Source of the DNA: an uncultured Candidatus Saccharibacteria bacterium
GTDB taxonomy: Bacteria > Patescibacteriota > Minisyncoccia > Phycocordibacterales > UBA2100
Assembly (NCBI GenBank): GCA_964512835.1
Contig: CAZELA010000002.1
Location: forward strand, 105,037-169,036
Direction: 5' to 3'
DNA: 64,000 nucleotides
Below, in pieces: positions 7,894 through 22,800 of the stretch. Each line of letters opens with the position of its first letter. The stretch's first letter is position 1. Under the pieces are notes generated by a model, which did not search any database, was not told the DNA's origin, and saw nothing but the letters and a program-made list of their open reading frames with translations. The translations under genes and the position numbers were made by a program.

Positions 7894-10800
7894 ATGAGGC
7901 TCTCTCACCTCAACGTGCGCAGAAATCGCGTCGCAGCGGCTCTTTTTGCTGCGGCGATTGTTGCGTATGCGCTCTATACGACCGGGCATTATGTGACCGC
8001 ATATCGTGAGACGAAAAGTGCACACGTTTTTCCGACAACGGCGACCGCAACAGGGTGGGATACTCCCGAGGCGGCACTCTCACAGGAGCTCGGGGCGAAT
8101 GCGCCGTTTGAATCGTTCGACACGACGAACTCCGCGCATCTTTCGATTGCGGGTAATACGCCGGTCGTCGAGACGCCGAACATTCCGCCGTCTGCACCGG
8201 ATAGCACTGAACAGCAACCGGTCGAGAACGCAACTACCACTCCCGAGGCTGCACCGTCAGGATCAGAAGCGCCGACGGCTGAGCCCGAGCAGGTACCGCC
8301 TGCGGTGGTCCCGGAGCAGACACCGAGCGCGCCGGTAGAGACGCCGTCAGCAGTTCCGGCAGAAACTCCTGCGGCAACTCCTGCAGAAACACCGACGACA
8401 CCCGCGACCGAAGCGCCCCCGGTCGAAACAAGCGTCTCCAAAATCTTTCACACAATCACGTCTTCACTGGTGAAGACTGCATATGCAACCACGACCGAAA
8501 GCGCGCTTCCGGACGACACGGCCGGCGGCGGGGCAGAAACATCGTCAATGACGGAAGACGTCCCGACATGTTTTTTGCAGCAAAAAGAGTGTCACACGAT
8601 TCAGCTCGACGGCTTCACTGTTTCTGGAGAAATCACCGAGACAAATTTTGAAAAGGCGAACCTGAACTTTTCGTTCGCCGCCGGAATCGGCGAGACGGAG
8701 CTCGTCGACGACAAGCTCGAAGTCCGCTACTACCATGCGGGTAAATGGCGCGAAGTGGGCGAGATTTTCCTCAACAAGCAGCTCTCCAACGCATCCAACG
8801 GCGGCTACTTCACTGCAACACTCGACGACGTGGCGTCGTGGGAAGAAATGTCCGATATCAAAGTCGTTATCGAATACGATCGCAATAACGATTCTGCGGT
8901 CGACCTGTATCTTGATGCGGTATGGATTGATGCGCAGTATCGGGAGCTGTTGTCGGATGTTGTTACCGACGAAGACGACATCCCTGAGTTGCCGGAGAAT
9001 GTGGTTCTGGAGTTGAACGAAGGCGGTGCGGTCGGCGAGCTTGTACTTTCTGACGGCACGCATGTTTCGTTCCCGTATACAGACGACCTTACTGATTCAC
9101 TGGTCATCCGAGCGGACAAGGTTACATACAGCCGCGCCGGAGATGTCGTATATGCGAGTCTCACGAACACGAGTGGCGTTGCTGATTCAGTGCGTTTGTA
9201 TACCGCATTTCCGCGCGGTTTCGGGTCGGTTGTAGATATTTCCGAACTGAAAAAGAATGTTCCGACCACAACGGAAACACCGCAGTACCAGGAGGTTACC
9301 TATCTGTGCGATGCGGGATGGAAATCGCTCGAGGTGAACGCAACGTCGACGGACACCGTTGCGTCCTCCTCACCGGCCGCATCGTATCGATGTGACGCTA
9401 CCGACGAAGAGCGAGTGTGTTCGGTACTCAACGACGATAAGACGAACTGCTCTGTTGACCGGGTGCAAGTCGGTTCGGAAAGCTCCGTCACGTACTCAAG
9501 TGGTTGGGTGCCGCTCATTTCAATCGACGGACAGACCGACCAGGACTCGCTGTCGGAATTTCTACCGCCGCTGTACCGCGTACTCTCAAAAACGACTGAA
9601 ACAATCGACATTCTTCCGGGGCAGACGGTGTATGTTCGCTTGCGACTTGAGTCAAACGAAACGGATGCGCTTCAGTTCACTCTTCTTGCGCAGGGTGCGG
9701 CGATTTCCGGAGACCTGCAGAGCGAGCTCTTGAAGAGCGAGCGTGAACTGAAAGGCGGCGAACCGCTTGCTAAGAAAAAGGGCAACTCGCGCATGTTCGG
9801 TCGTGCGGAGTTCGACGGCGATGAATTACCGGCATTCAAGTTCCAGTTCAAGTCAAAGCGCAACTTCGTATCACGCGGCCTCAATGTGCTGTTGGGTCGG
9901 GGAAACGAGTTCGGCGTTTCCGGCGTGACATTCTTGCGCGAAGACGGAACAGAGGTCACGCTCCCGGTTTCGGTTGAATACGGCGAGGACGGTCAGTGGA
10001 CGCTTGAGATCAAAACGCATCCGCGCGAATTCCGACCGGGTAAATATATGGCGGACATCGTCATGCACGAAGGCACCGACGAATTCACGGAGCGCGTTGA
10101 ATTCTATTGGGGAGTGCTCGCGATGAATATCAATCAGTCTTCGTATCGACCGGGGGAGACGGTACCGATCGCTTTGGCTGCACTTGATGACATGGGCGAC
10201 ACAATCTGCGATGCCGACATTCGACTCACGGTTACGGACCCCACCGGCACATCGACGCCGGTGTCCGTCGAACAGTCCGGGCTTTGCGGCGACAATAACA
10301 TCATCGATGTTGCAGACTATCTTGCCGTCTACACCACGTCGCTCCCCGGCTCGTACACCGCCGTTGCCACCGAATACGATGATCGCGGCCTCATCGTGCA
10401 TCGCGTGTACGATACCTTCGAGGTGCGCGCAGAAGTCCTGTTCACGATCCGTCGAGCGGGCATGACCCGTATTTATCCGGTCGCGGCATACACGATGGAT
10501 CTGGAACTGACATCGAGCGCCGACTTTGCGGGCGAATTCGTGGAATCCGTTCCGGTCGACTTCGATGTCCTCACGAGTGACGGTGCGGAGATCCGCATGT
10601 ACGGCGGTGCAAAAAATCTCGTGTGGCCCGTTGACTTGAAAGCGGGGGAGACGATGAAGGTTTCGTACACGTATGACGCGCCGGACATTTCGCCGTATAT
10701 GTACTTGCTCGGTCCTGCACAGGTACAGGGCGCGTCGGGGTTGCCGTTCGAGGAACCTCGCCAGTGGAAGATTGCATCCGACGCAACCGGGAACATGCTC

Positions 10801-13800
10801 TTGTACTGGGACAGTACGTATATTCCGACAGGGTGGACGTGCGTATCCTGCTTGCCTGCAGATTCGTTCTACCAGCGCTTCGTCATGGGTTCATCCACCG
10901 CCGGCACAAACGGCGGCGCAGCAACGACCGCTCACACTGCAACGGGCGCGGTTACAGCGTCTGCATCGTCACAGACGGTGGGAGCGAACAATCGGGCAAC
11001 TCCGGTCGTGGCGCACACGCACTCGTTTACGCCCGTCATCACTGCGACGAGTACGTTACCTGCGTACCGACAACTTGCGATCATCCAATCCAATACCGCA
11101 GGCGAGCCGTCTTCGATCCCGACCGGAGCGATTGCAATGTTCGATGCCGCAGTACCGAGCGGATGGACCGCGTACACTGCCCAGAACGGACGATACATTC
11201 GAGGTGAGAGCACTTCGACCGCGGGCACGACCGGCGGCAGCAACACGCACAAGCACGATGTTTCCGGAACGACCGGTGCGGCCGTTACTACCGTGAATGC
11301 GCAAAACCCGGGAACTACGATAGCCGTCGCCGCTGCTGCACATACGCACACGCTAACCGCAACAACGACGGGAAGCGTGAGCAACGAACCGCCGTATATT
11401 GAAGTCATTCTCGGTAAGTTGAATGCGACGTCGTCGCCGACGAATCAGATGATCGCAATGTGGAGCGGGGACCCGCCGACCGGATGGACAACGACATCGA
11501 GTTCCTCTGAGGCGATGGCGAACAAGTTCATAAAGGCGTCCACGACATACGGCGGAACAGGCGGCGCATTTACGCACAGTCACATCGATATGACCAACGT
11601 GCCGACCGGCGGTCCGAGCGGAACCGTCAACCGAAATAATGCCGCCGGTACAAACGTTGCGACTGCAGCACATACGCACAATGTGAACATAACGTCGTTC
11701 TCCACCGACTCACATCTGCCCCCGTATCGAACGGCAATCTTTGCAAAGCGAGTGGGCGGTGCCGCACCGAGTGGGCCGACTTTGTACGACGTATTATTTG
11801 CGAACGAACGAACGGGAACTTCGACACCGGCCTTTGAATTCAGTGCGACAGACCCGGACGGCGCTGACACGATCATCTATGAATTCCAATGGGACGACGA
11901 CAGCGACCTCGATACGTCACCGATCGGTGACAGAACGTCGGATGTCGAAACGGGATGCTCGCCGAACTGCTTCCAAAACCTGACAACGCCGATCAATACG
12001 TCACCGTTCACCGAGGGAAATCGTATCCGGTTCACGGTCCAGACACCGCTCGTCTCCGGTACCACATACTACTGGCGTGTACGTGCGCGCGAGAGCGGCG
12101 GTGGCGGCACGTGGGGCACGTGGGCAACAACGACGAGCTTCACCTATCTCGCTGGAACCGACCCGTCCCAGTGGTTCCAGACCACAGACGTCCAGTTTGA
12201 TTCAAACACAATGAGCGGGGCAGAAACGTTCGGGTCGGATGCCGCCCGGCTTGCGATATCGCCCTCGCAGGAAGCGCTTGTTGTCTACGGCGAGGGTACG
12301 GTACAGACGCCGCGATATCGTATATGGAACGGTACCTCGTGGAGCGCGGAAAGTTCCGCAAATTCCGTCGGCGGCGTCATTCAGTGGGTTGTAACCAAAG
12401 CCGCACCGACGAGGGATGAATATGTAAGCGGTACACAAGACAACGTCAACGACGTGAATGTGCAGATATTCAACGGGACCACCGATACGTGGGGATCGGT
12501 CACGGAAATGACGACGGGTGTCGCGAATAATGCCCGACGCGGCTTTGACCTGACTTACGAGTCACAGTCGGGCGACATTATGTCGGTGTACTGCGACGGC
12601 GATGCCGACCCCTCGTATCGTGTCTGGAACGGCTCGTCGTGGAGTGCGCCTCAGACGGTAAACATTACGAGCGCGAACAACTGCGAATGGATCTCGCTTG
12701 CCTCCGACCCGACGTCCGACGAGATCATCCTCGTAGAGCGCGATACGGGCGCGGGTTACGAAGCGCAGGTCTGGGACGGAAGCGCGTGGGGTAATGCCAA
12801 GACGCTCGGCTCCATGACCGATACCGCCCATGAAGGTATCGCAGTTAAATACGAAGAATCGGGTGATCAGGCGATGGTTGTCACCTCGAACGGAAACACA
12901 AGCGGTTTCGTGTGGACGACATGGAGCGGTACCTCGTGGGGTATCACGCAGACGCAGGGTCTCGGCGACGACTTTGAGTGGGGCAGACTTCGTGCGGACG
13001 ACGGATCCGACAAGCTCTCGCTCTGTTACATCGACGAAGACGCAGACGTCGGTACGCTCGTTTGGGACGGTAACGCATGGGATGCATTCACGACCGCGTT
13101 GGATGAACGCGACACGATCGGTAATGCTAAGACAGATCGCGCCGTAGACTGTGCGTACGAAACGACGACAGGACGCGACGGCTACGTTATGTTGCCGTAC
13201 TCCGACACGGCTGCGGCGCAGTACCAGTACTGGAACGGCACATCGTGGACCGCGAAGGCGGCGATCAGCACCATTCAGGACTCGTGGACCGTAAACGCCG
13301 TACGCACATCCGCAGGCGGCGTGCTCGCGTTTTTCCACGACGATGTCAATTCCCGCTATGACTTCTCCGACTGGAACGGAATTTCGTGGTCGACTGCAAC
13401 GACGCTTGAGACGGTGCCGTCCGCCACGACAACGCCGTTCTATCAGCCGATCGATATGGTCGCGCAGGTGTACGAATCGTCGTCGGGCACCATGACCGGC
13501 GGAACGATCGACTTCGACCAGGTACCGGGACGACAGACATGGGGCGAGATCTTGTGGCACACCACCGAGCCGTCGGGTACCGACGTGAAATTACAGGTCT
13601 TGTATGACAGCGGTAGCGGCTGCAGTACGCTCGTGCCGGATGTTGCACTCAATGCAAACCCGGGTCTCAACAGTATCGGCTATGACGCCACGACCTCGCC
13701 GATTAACATCTCCGGGCTCTCAACGTCGACATACAACCGCATTTGTGTTCGTGCGACGTTTACGACAACCAATACAAGTGCGCCGCAGCTTGATGACTGG

Positions 13801-16800
13801 TCGGTCACGTGGGAGCGACAGCCCTACCTGACGCAAACGCATTTCCGCTGGTATGCAAACGCGGCGACCTCGCTCACACCGTCGGACGCGTGGCCGTCGG
13901 GCGGTACCGATCTTGCGGAGGATGCAGCGGTTCCGACCATTTACTCACCGTCACCGGGTGATGTATTGCGTCTACGGATGAGTCTCTTGGAAGAGAACGT
14001 GTCGCTTTCGGCAGGGGATCTCTCGGTAAAACTGCAGTACGCGGAGGGGGCAACGTGCAGTGCCTCGCTTACGTGGCAGGATGTCGGCGCCATAGGATCG
14101 ACCACCGCAAAATGGCGCGGGTATGATAACGCTTCGCTTTCCGACGGAGCAACGCTCGCGTCTACGTTGCTCGCCGGGAGCGATACACGCGCGACCTACG
14201 AAGAAGCAAATGATTCGGCGGTAAACCCGTTCTCGGTTTCAGTCGGCAACGAACTTGAATATGACTGGGTGATTCAGCACAACGCGACCGGCAACACGAA
14301 CTATTGTTTCCGGGCGGTCACATCAACCGGCGTGACACTGAACGAATACGACCTGTATCCGAGTCTTGTCACCGACTCGCCGCCGGATGCACCGACGCTT
14401 GAGTCGCCGTTCAATAACGAATCACTCGCATCTACCACCCCGTGGTTCCAATTCGTCTCCGAAGATCCGGAGAACGATGATGTTACGTACCAGGTGCAGA
14501 TCGATGATGCGTCGGACTTCAGCTCCGTGAATATTGACCGCGATTCACAGAACAATTTTGCGGAATTCCAGAACCTGGTTACGCCGTCGGACAAGGACCC
14601 CTTCACGCCATCAAACTCTACGCGGTTCATACCGTCGTCATCGCTGTCGAACAATACGACCTACTACTGGCGCGTGCGCGCGAAAGACCGAACGAAGTCC
14701 GCCGAATGGAGCGCGTGGTCCGGAACGCAGAGCTTTACGGTCGACACGAGCGTCACCATTTCCACGTGGAAACAGACGACGCTCTATCAGTTCTCTACAG
14801 ACGATCACGAAGATACCGAGGCAACATCGACCGATTCAGTCGTTATCTCGAGCGGCTTCACGGTCGGTACGACCTCGAGTTCACTCATTGACTTCGATTG
14901 GCATACGACCGGAAACGCGTGGGGCTCCTTCAGTTTCAAACACTCCACGACCTCGAGCTCGATCCGATATCACATTGAATATTTCGACACCGACGTGTGG
15001 TCCCTCGTTCCGGATGCGGACTTGCCGGGAAATTCGACGGGCTTCGTCGGGACTACATCGCTCCTTTCAATGAGTCCGACGATCTATAACCAGATACGAA
15101 TCCGGGCCGACATGACGAACAGTGGTGCGTCGCCGCGACTCGATGACTGGACCATCGCCTGGGGCTATGCAGTTGAACAGCCGGCAATAACCACGTTGTT
15201 CGACAACGAAAAGACCGCTACAACAACGCCGTCATTCACATTCAAATCCGGCGATCCGCAGAGCGATGATCTGGTGTACGAAGTTTCCATATCGACGACG
15301 CAGGCATTTACGTCGTCTACGACGCGGCGCTCGAGTCTGAACACGGGCTTTTCGAACACGGCGTCATCGACCGACACAAGCCCGTTCACGCAGAACAATC
15401 TGATCAACTTTACGCTACAAGCCGCAGATGCGCTTACCAACGGTACGACCTACTGGTGGAAGGTTCGCGCAATCGATCCGACCGGCGGCAACGTGTGGTC
15501 TGTGTGGTCGGACCTGCGAAGCTTTACCGTCGATACGTCGGTTGCCGTATCAACGTGGTTCCAGACGACAGATGAACAGTTCCAGTCCGATACGCTCGAC
15601 AATATCGAAACGAGCGGCGGAAAGGCGCAGATTACCTCTACGATCAAGGAGGCATTCATGGTGTACTCCGAAGGTACTGTGCAGGTGCCGCGCTTCCGAT
15701 TGTGGAACGGTACCGTATGGGGAACCGAGCTCTCCGGTGTATCGGTGGGTGACACGATCCGTTTCGAGGAAGCGGCAGCAGCTCCGACGCGCGACGAATA
15801 CATCATCATGACCGAGGGCTCGACCGGCGTTGTCGATGCACAGGTCGTTGACGGCGCAACTGATACCGCCGGCAATATCGCGCGTATCAACACGGCCGTT
15901 TCGGATCCGACGCAGCGCGGATTCGATGTTGCGTACGAAACATCGTCGGGCGATGCGCTCGCGGTTGCGTGTTTCGGCACCGAAGCGACCTATCGCGTGT
16001 GGAACGGGTCGTCGTGGACGGCGACTTCGACGATCAATCTTGCGGTATCCACCAACTGCGAATGGGTCAAGCTGGTGTCAGATCCGACCTCCGACGAGAT
16101 CATCATGGTGGTGCGAGACTCGACGACTGGTGCAGTCGACTATGAGGCGCTTGTCTGGAACGGTTCTGCATGGGGAAATTCCATGACGATGGGTTCACAG
16201 GTTACCGTCGCAAACGAGGGTATCGCGGTAGAGTACGAAGAAAGCGGCGGTCAGGCGATTGTGGCGGTCTCGAACGGGGCAAACAACAACTTTATATGGA
16301 ATTCCTGGAACGGTTCCGCGTGGGCCGGTACTGCGACTGTGGCGATCGGAAACGACTTTGAAGGCGGTCGTATTGTGCGCGATGTGGGAACCGATCGAAT
16401 GACTATGTGTTACATCGATGCAGATTCCGACATCGGCTATGCAACCTGGGGCGGTTCCGCGTGGACCGGATCCACCGAAGTTGAAACACTTGGTAACAGT
16501 GTGAACGATCGACCGGTTTCATGCGAATACGAAACCGCAGGATCGCGCGACGGCTACACCATGATGGTGCACTCGGACACCACACAGGCGGAATATGAAT
16601 ATTGGAACGGCAGTGCCACGACCGCGCCTGCGGTCATCAACACGGTAACCGACTCCGCCGAAGTGCGTACGGCACGAACAGGAGACGGGTTGATTATGGC
16701 GTTCTTCTACGACGACGCAAACACTGAATACGACGTCACATACTGGAACGGAACGACGTGGTCGACCGAACAGCAGATCGAGCCGACCTCGATCACGACC

Positions 16801-19800
16801 GTTGCGCCGCCGACGATCCCGCTCGATATCGTCGCACGACGATATCCTGCGTTCGTTGCGGGATCAATCACGTCGACTGCCATCAATTTCAGTGACGGAA
16901 CCGGTCCGAAATGGGGTGCGATATCGTTCAGTAAAACAACACCGGGCGCGAGTACGGTGAAGCTGCAGGTCGAGTACTTTACCTCCACGAGTTCGTGGGC
17001 GCTCATTCCTGACAGTGTGATCCCCGGCAACTCGGTCGGTACGACAACGACGCTCGACATGTCGAACGTGAATCGAATCACCTATTCGACGATTCGCATG
17101 AAGGCAAACCTCGCTTGTGTTGCCGGTAATTGTCCGACACTCAATGATTGGACGCTCACGTGGGCACAAGGCATCAACGTCCAGGGTACCGTGCAGCAGT
17201 ATGATCAATCGACGAATGTTACGTCCGGTACTGTTGCGGTCGCGGTCAACGGCGTGAAGCAGACGGGGAAGACCGCCACGATCACCGGAAGCGGCACGTT
17301 CTCGATCGCGAACGTTACGGTATTCCAGGATGATATCGTGACCGTCTTTGTTGACGGGGCAGGAGACGCGAGCGAAGCAGTCGCGATCACCAAATACGAC
17401 GGCAACGGCGACATCACCGGCTTAAATCTGTACGAGCGACACCTCTCACTCGGTTCTGACGATAATCAAACGATCACCAACAACAACATTTCGCAGTTCG
17501 ATATGAGTGTCGCGGCAGATGACGACATCTTTTATGACGTGGATGCGGGGAATGACCTCACCGCCACTTCAACCGGTACGGTCTGGGATGTGGAACTCTG
17601 GGTTAAGGCAGGTACCACGTACCGACCCGATAGTGCCTCGAGCGGATTCGCGACAGTGTACGGACTCGAGAATAACGGCACGATCACGATGGACGGAAAC
17701 ACAATGACATTGTTGGGGTCGTGGGACAACAACGCGGTGTTCAATAAAGACGCCTCAACGGTCATCTTTGCCGCCACGTCGTCGACGCGTACGATCGACT
17801 CGACGGGGGCTTCGCTCTCGACGTTCAACCATGTGACGTTCGGTACCGCCTCCACTGCTGCTACGTGGACACTCACGACACCGCTCGATGTTGACGGCAA
17901 CCTCACGCTTAACTTCGGAACGCTCTCGCCCGCCACGACGGCTATCACAATCGGCGGCAATCTCTCAATCGGCGCATCGGGCACCTTTACAAAGGGAACC
18001 GCAACGACAACATTCGACGGATCATCGTCTGCCACGTGGACCGACAGCACGGCTGCAAAACAAGACATGGGATCGGTCGCAATCGACGGTACGACAAAGA
18101 CGGTTCAGCTTGGCTCCGCAGTGAAAGCTACGAATATCACGATCGGTTCCGACGATACGTTGAATGTGACTGCGGGTAACTACGGGATCGAAGTCACCGG
18201 TAATTGGACGAACAATAACTCGTTCGTTGCACAAAGCGGAACGGTCACGTTCAGCTCGACTGCCGTTGGTAAAACAATCGTTCCGGGTTCTTCGAGTTTC
18301 TATAACATTACATTTAACGGCATCGGCGGTAATTGGGCGTTCTCGCAGGCGGTGACCGCAGGGAATGACTTTACAATCGCGACCGGAACGGTGACTTTGC
18401 CGTCATCGACAACGACTATCACCGGTTCGTTCCTTGTGACCGGCGGTGCATTCCAGCCGAATAACGGCGCGGTCGTGTTTAATTCGTCGGCGACCGGCAA
18501 AACGGTGAACCCGAACACGTCGCCCTTCTACGACCTCACATTCTCGGGCACCGGTTCGTGGTCATTCGGTGTGACGAACGCTACGTCATCACGCCACGTC
18601 ATCATTACGCAGGGTGCGGTGACGATGCCGTCGGGAACGCTTGCGATAGGCGGGTCGTTCAGAAAGACGGGCGGATCATTCGCACACAACAACGGCATAC
18701 TCCGATTTACCGCGTCGAATGCGCAAACAGTGCAGTGGAGCGGGTCGGATGCGTATCAGACATACTTTAGCGGGACTGCCGGTTCATGGTCATTCCTCGA
18801 TGCCTCGGCTACCAGTACGAATAATGTGCGATTCGAGGCGGGAACATCGACCCTTCCGTCGGGAACATTTGCGGTCGGCGGGTCGTGGATAGCGACCAAC
18901 GGCGGATTCACCCATAACAGCGGCACGGTTAAGTTCACTGCCACATCGACCGCAAAGACGATATCGACCGGCACATCCATATTCTCGAGTATGTGGTTCG
19001 ACGGGGTAGGCGGCGGCTGGACGCTCTCGGGTAGCACAACTGCGGCGGGCGCCTTTACGCTCTCGAATGCGACCGCATTCACCATGTCTCCGAATTTTAC
19101 GCTTGCGGTCGGCGGCGCGTTCACCAATGCGGTCGGCGGGTCGGCGACCACATGGGCCACATCAACACTTTCGCTCTACTCCGGCACGAATTACTCTATT
19201 AATACAAAGACGACAGGGGGTGATGTGTACGGAACACTCTCGCTTGGCGCAAATACGAACATTCGATCATGGAACTCGACCGCGGCTACGACGACGGTCG
19301 CCTCAACCGCATCGGTATACTCGCAAGACAACTCCACCATCGGTGGGACACCGGTTGACGGCGATCTCTATATATATGGAGCATTTACAAGCTCGGCGAA
19401 TGAATACTGGAGTTACGCGACCGATTTCGACGGCACCGCGCTCGGCGTTTCATCGCGCCAGGTGAATGTGCGTATCGCAACTTCGAGTACTATTGCGTAC
19501 AACACGGGAACGCTGCAGATCCTGGGTACCTCGACCGCGACGACGACCATCCAAAATCAGGGAACCGGTCGCTACGCATTCGCGATCTCCGGCGGCACAT
19601 TGCAGGCTCAGTATTACTCGGTAAAGAACGGTGACGTAAACGGGTTCTCGATCTCGGGCTCGACGGCGATTTCGTCACTTGCAGACGGCGACTTCGAGCT
19701 GGGAGTGAACGGCGGGACCGCACTCAAAGTTACAAGTACCGTCATTGATGCGAACAGTGCGCTCCAGATTCAGCGTGTGAGATTCGCAACCTCGACCGGC

Positions 19801-22800
19801 ATCACGACGGGATTCAACGTGACCGAAACGGGTACACCAAGTTCGTACTGGTGGTTCCGCAATCACTACGGCAATTACGCCGGCGAGAGTTTTGATTCGG
19901 ATCCGGGGCCGAATAGCGGTAATCCCGGTTATGTACGATGGGACGACTCGGGCTTTACGATCTCTGTTTCGGGAAATGTGTACTCGGACGAAGGCAGTAC
20001 CGCGATCGGTTCACCGGCCTGCGACGGCGTCACCGCGAACGTGCGCATTGTGGTGAACTTCGGATCGTTCGCGTCGTCGACCCCGTGCAATGCCTCGACG
20101 GGTGCGTACACAATTTCCGGCATTACCTTCAGCGGCGACGCGGTCCTCACGACGTATTTGAATACGAACGGCGGCGCACGCGCAGTAACGGTTACGCGAA
20201 CGGCAACCGCGAACGTGACCGGTCTCGATCTCTACCAAAACGAAGTCATCGTGCGACACGAGGACGTTGCTCCGCTTACGATCGCGAACATGGCGGTGTA
20301 CGACTCGGGTGATGACAGCGATATCCCGTTCACTGCGGCAACAGGCACACCCGACACACTCACGGTCTCGCCCGGCAATGAATTGCATGTCTGGACCGGT
20401 AAGACATTCGTGCCGGGAGGCAACATGTCGCTGACCAGCGGGGGAGCGAACGGCTCGAAGGATGGTCGGCTCCACATTGCGACCTCGTCTGTATTCACCG
20501 CAACGGGCGCAGAATCACACTCGATCGGCGGCGGACTTGCGATCCAATCAGGGGCAACATTTACGACCGCAAGCTCGACGTTTACGTTCACGGCGACCAC
20601 GACGAACAAGTCGATCTATGCGGTCGCTCCGATATCGTTCTGGAACACGACATTCAACGGTTCCGGCGGCTCATGGTCGTTTGATAACGGATTCTCGACG
20701 ACGACCGTGCTCAATACCATGACGTTCACTGCGGGAACGCTGACCGGCACGGGAGACCTAACGCTCACGCAGGGCACGCTTACGGGATCAGGCACCGTGA
20801 ACATGACGGGCGGCACCATTACACTCCACGGTACCGGTGTGTTCGGTAACAACAATAACTGGCAGTTCTCGACGCTCTCGCTCGGTAACGGCACAAACGC
20901 AGGGTCGTCGGTGAAAACAGGAACCGGCACAACGACCGTTACCGGTGTGCTCCGCATCAATACATTGCAGCGACTGTATGCCGCAACGTCGTCGTGGGTC
21001 TTGTCGGGATCGGGAACACCGTTTGCGGTTGCCTCCGGTGCAACGTTTACCGCGCAAGTGGCGCCGTTCACATTCTCGGGAACCGGCGCAACGACGGTCG
21101 CGGATCAGGCATATGCGGCGCTCTTGCTCACACCGAGCGCAGCGGGTACTCCTACATACACGCTCCGTGGCGGTACATTGTCGGCAACCTCACTCGCCGT
21201 AGGCAGTACGAATCCTGTGGCCGTCGACGTAAATACGAATGACCCGTCACTTTCGATTTCGGGCACGGTGACGATCGGATCCGGCAGTACACTTATTGCA
21301 TCGAATGTCGGCGCGCTCGATGTAGGCGGTAGCTGGTCGAACCTTGGAACATTCACTTCCTCCGCGGGCACGGTTAACTTCAACTCGTCAGATACAGGCG
21401 AGACGATTGATCCGGGTCAGTCGAGCTTTGCGACACTTTCATTCAACGGTGTCGGCGGTGGGTGGACGATACTTCAGAATGCTACATCCACGGGCGACAC
21501 GTTGCTGGTAAATGCCTCGGCATTTACGCTATCTCCGAACAAGACCCTTGCAGTGGGCGGCACCTTCACGAACTCAGTCGGCGGGTCGGCGACCACGTGG
21601 GCAACATCGACCCTCTCGCTCTATTCGGGCACAAGCTACTCTATTAATACAAAGTCGGCGGGGAATGATCTGTACGGTACGCTCCTGATCGGTGCAAACA
21701 CCGATGTGCGCATGTGGAATTCGAGTGCGGCCACTACTACGGTGAACTCGACCGGCTCGCTCTACTCGCAGGATCACGCGGCGGTCGACGGAAGTCTTTA
21801 TATCTGGGGCGAATATGTACGGTCGACCGGCAGCGACTATTGGAGCTATCTGACCGACTTCGACGGCACATCGCTTGCCACCTCGACGCCGCGTGGCGTA
21901 TCGGTCCTGATCGCAACATCGAGCTCGATCACGCTCTCCGGCGGCTCACTCGATATTACAGGTACAACAACAGCGACTACCACAGTTCAAAATCAGGGAA
22001 CGGGCCGCTACGCGTTTACTGTTTCCGGCGGTACGTTCAATGCGCAGTACTACCAGATCCGAAACACTGACCTCAACGGCCTTTCGTTCACCGGTTCACC
22101 GACCATTACCACGCTGTCCGACGGTGATCTGCAGCTCGGTGTAAACGGGGGTAGCACGATCACGGTTGCAGGAACGGTGATCGATGCGAATCCGCTGAAG
22201 ATCTTCCAGCGCAATAATTTCTCGACCACGACCGCGAGCGGTATTACGAGCGGCTTTAACGTGAAGGCGACGGGATCTTCCGGCTCTTCGTGGAAGTTCA
22301 ACCTGCACTACGGCGCATTCGGCGGCGAAGCGTACGATTCCGATCCGGACGGCGACCCGGGGTACCTGCGATGGGATGACAGCGCAAGTTCGATCTCTGT
22401 TTCGGGCAATGTGTACTCCGACGAAGGTTCGACGGTCTCCGGTGCATGTAACGGCTCCACGCAGGTGGTGCGCCTCAAGGTGCAGGGTGCCGGTACGTAT
22501 ACATCGTCGTGCAGCTCTGCAACGGGCGCATACTCGATCTCGGGAGTCGCGTTCAACCCGGGCGACACGCTGACCGTCTTCTTGGACAACGCGACGGGCA
22601 CGCGCCGTGCGGCAAACGTATCGATCGATCCGATCAGTTCGATATCGAACATGCACCTGTACGAAAATCGCGTAATCGTTCGTCACGAAGATACAAGCGC
22701 GATCACTATCGCAAAAATGGCGCAGTACGATGCCGACCAGGATAGTGACATTCCGTTCAATGCGACCGATGCGGCGACCGATACGCTCGTTGCGACCGGC

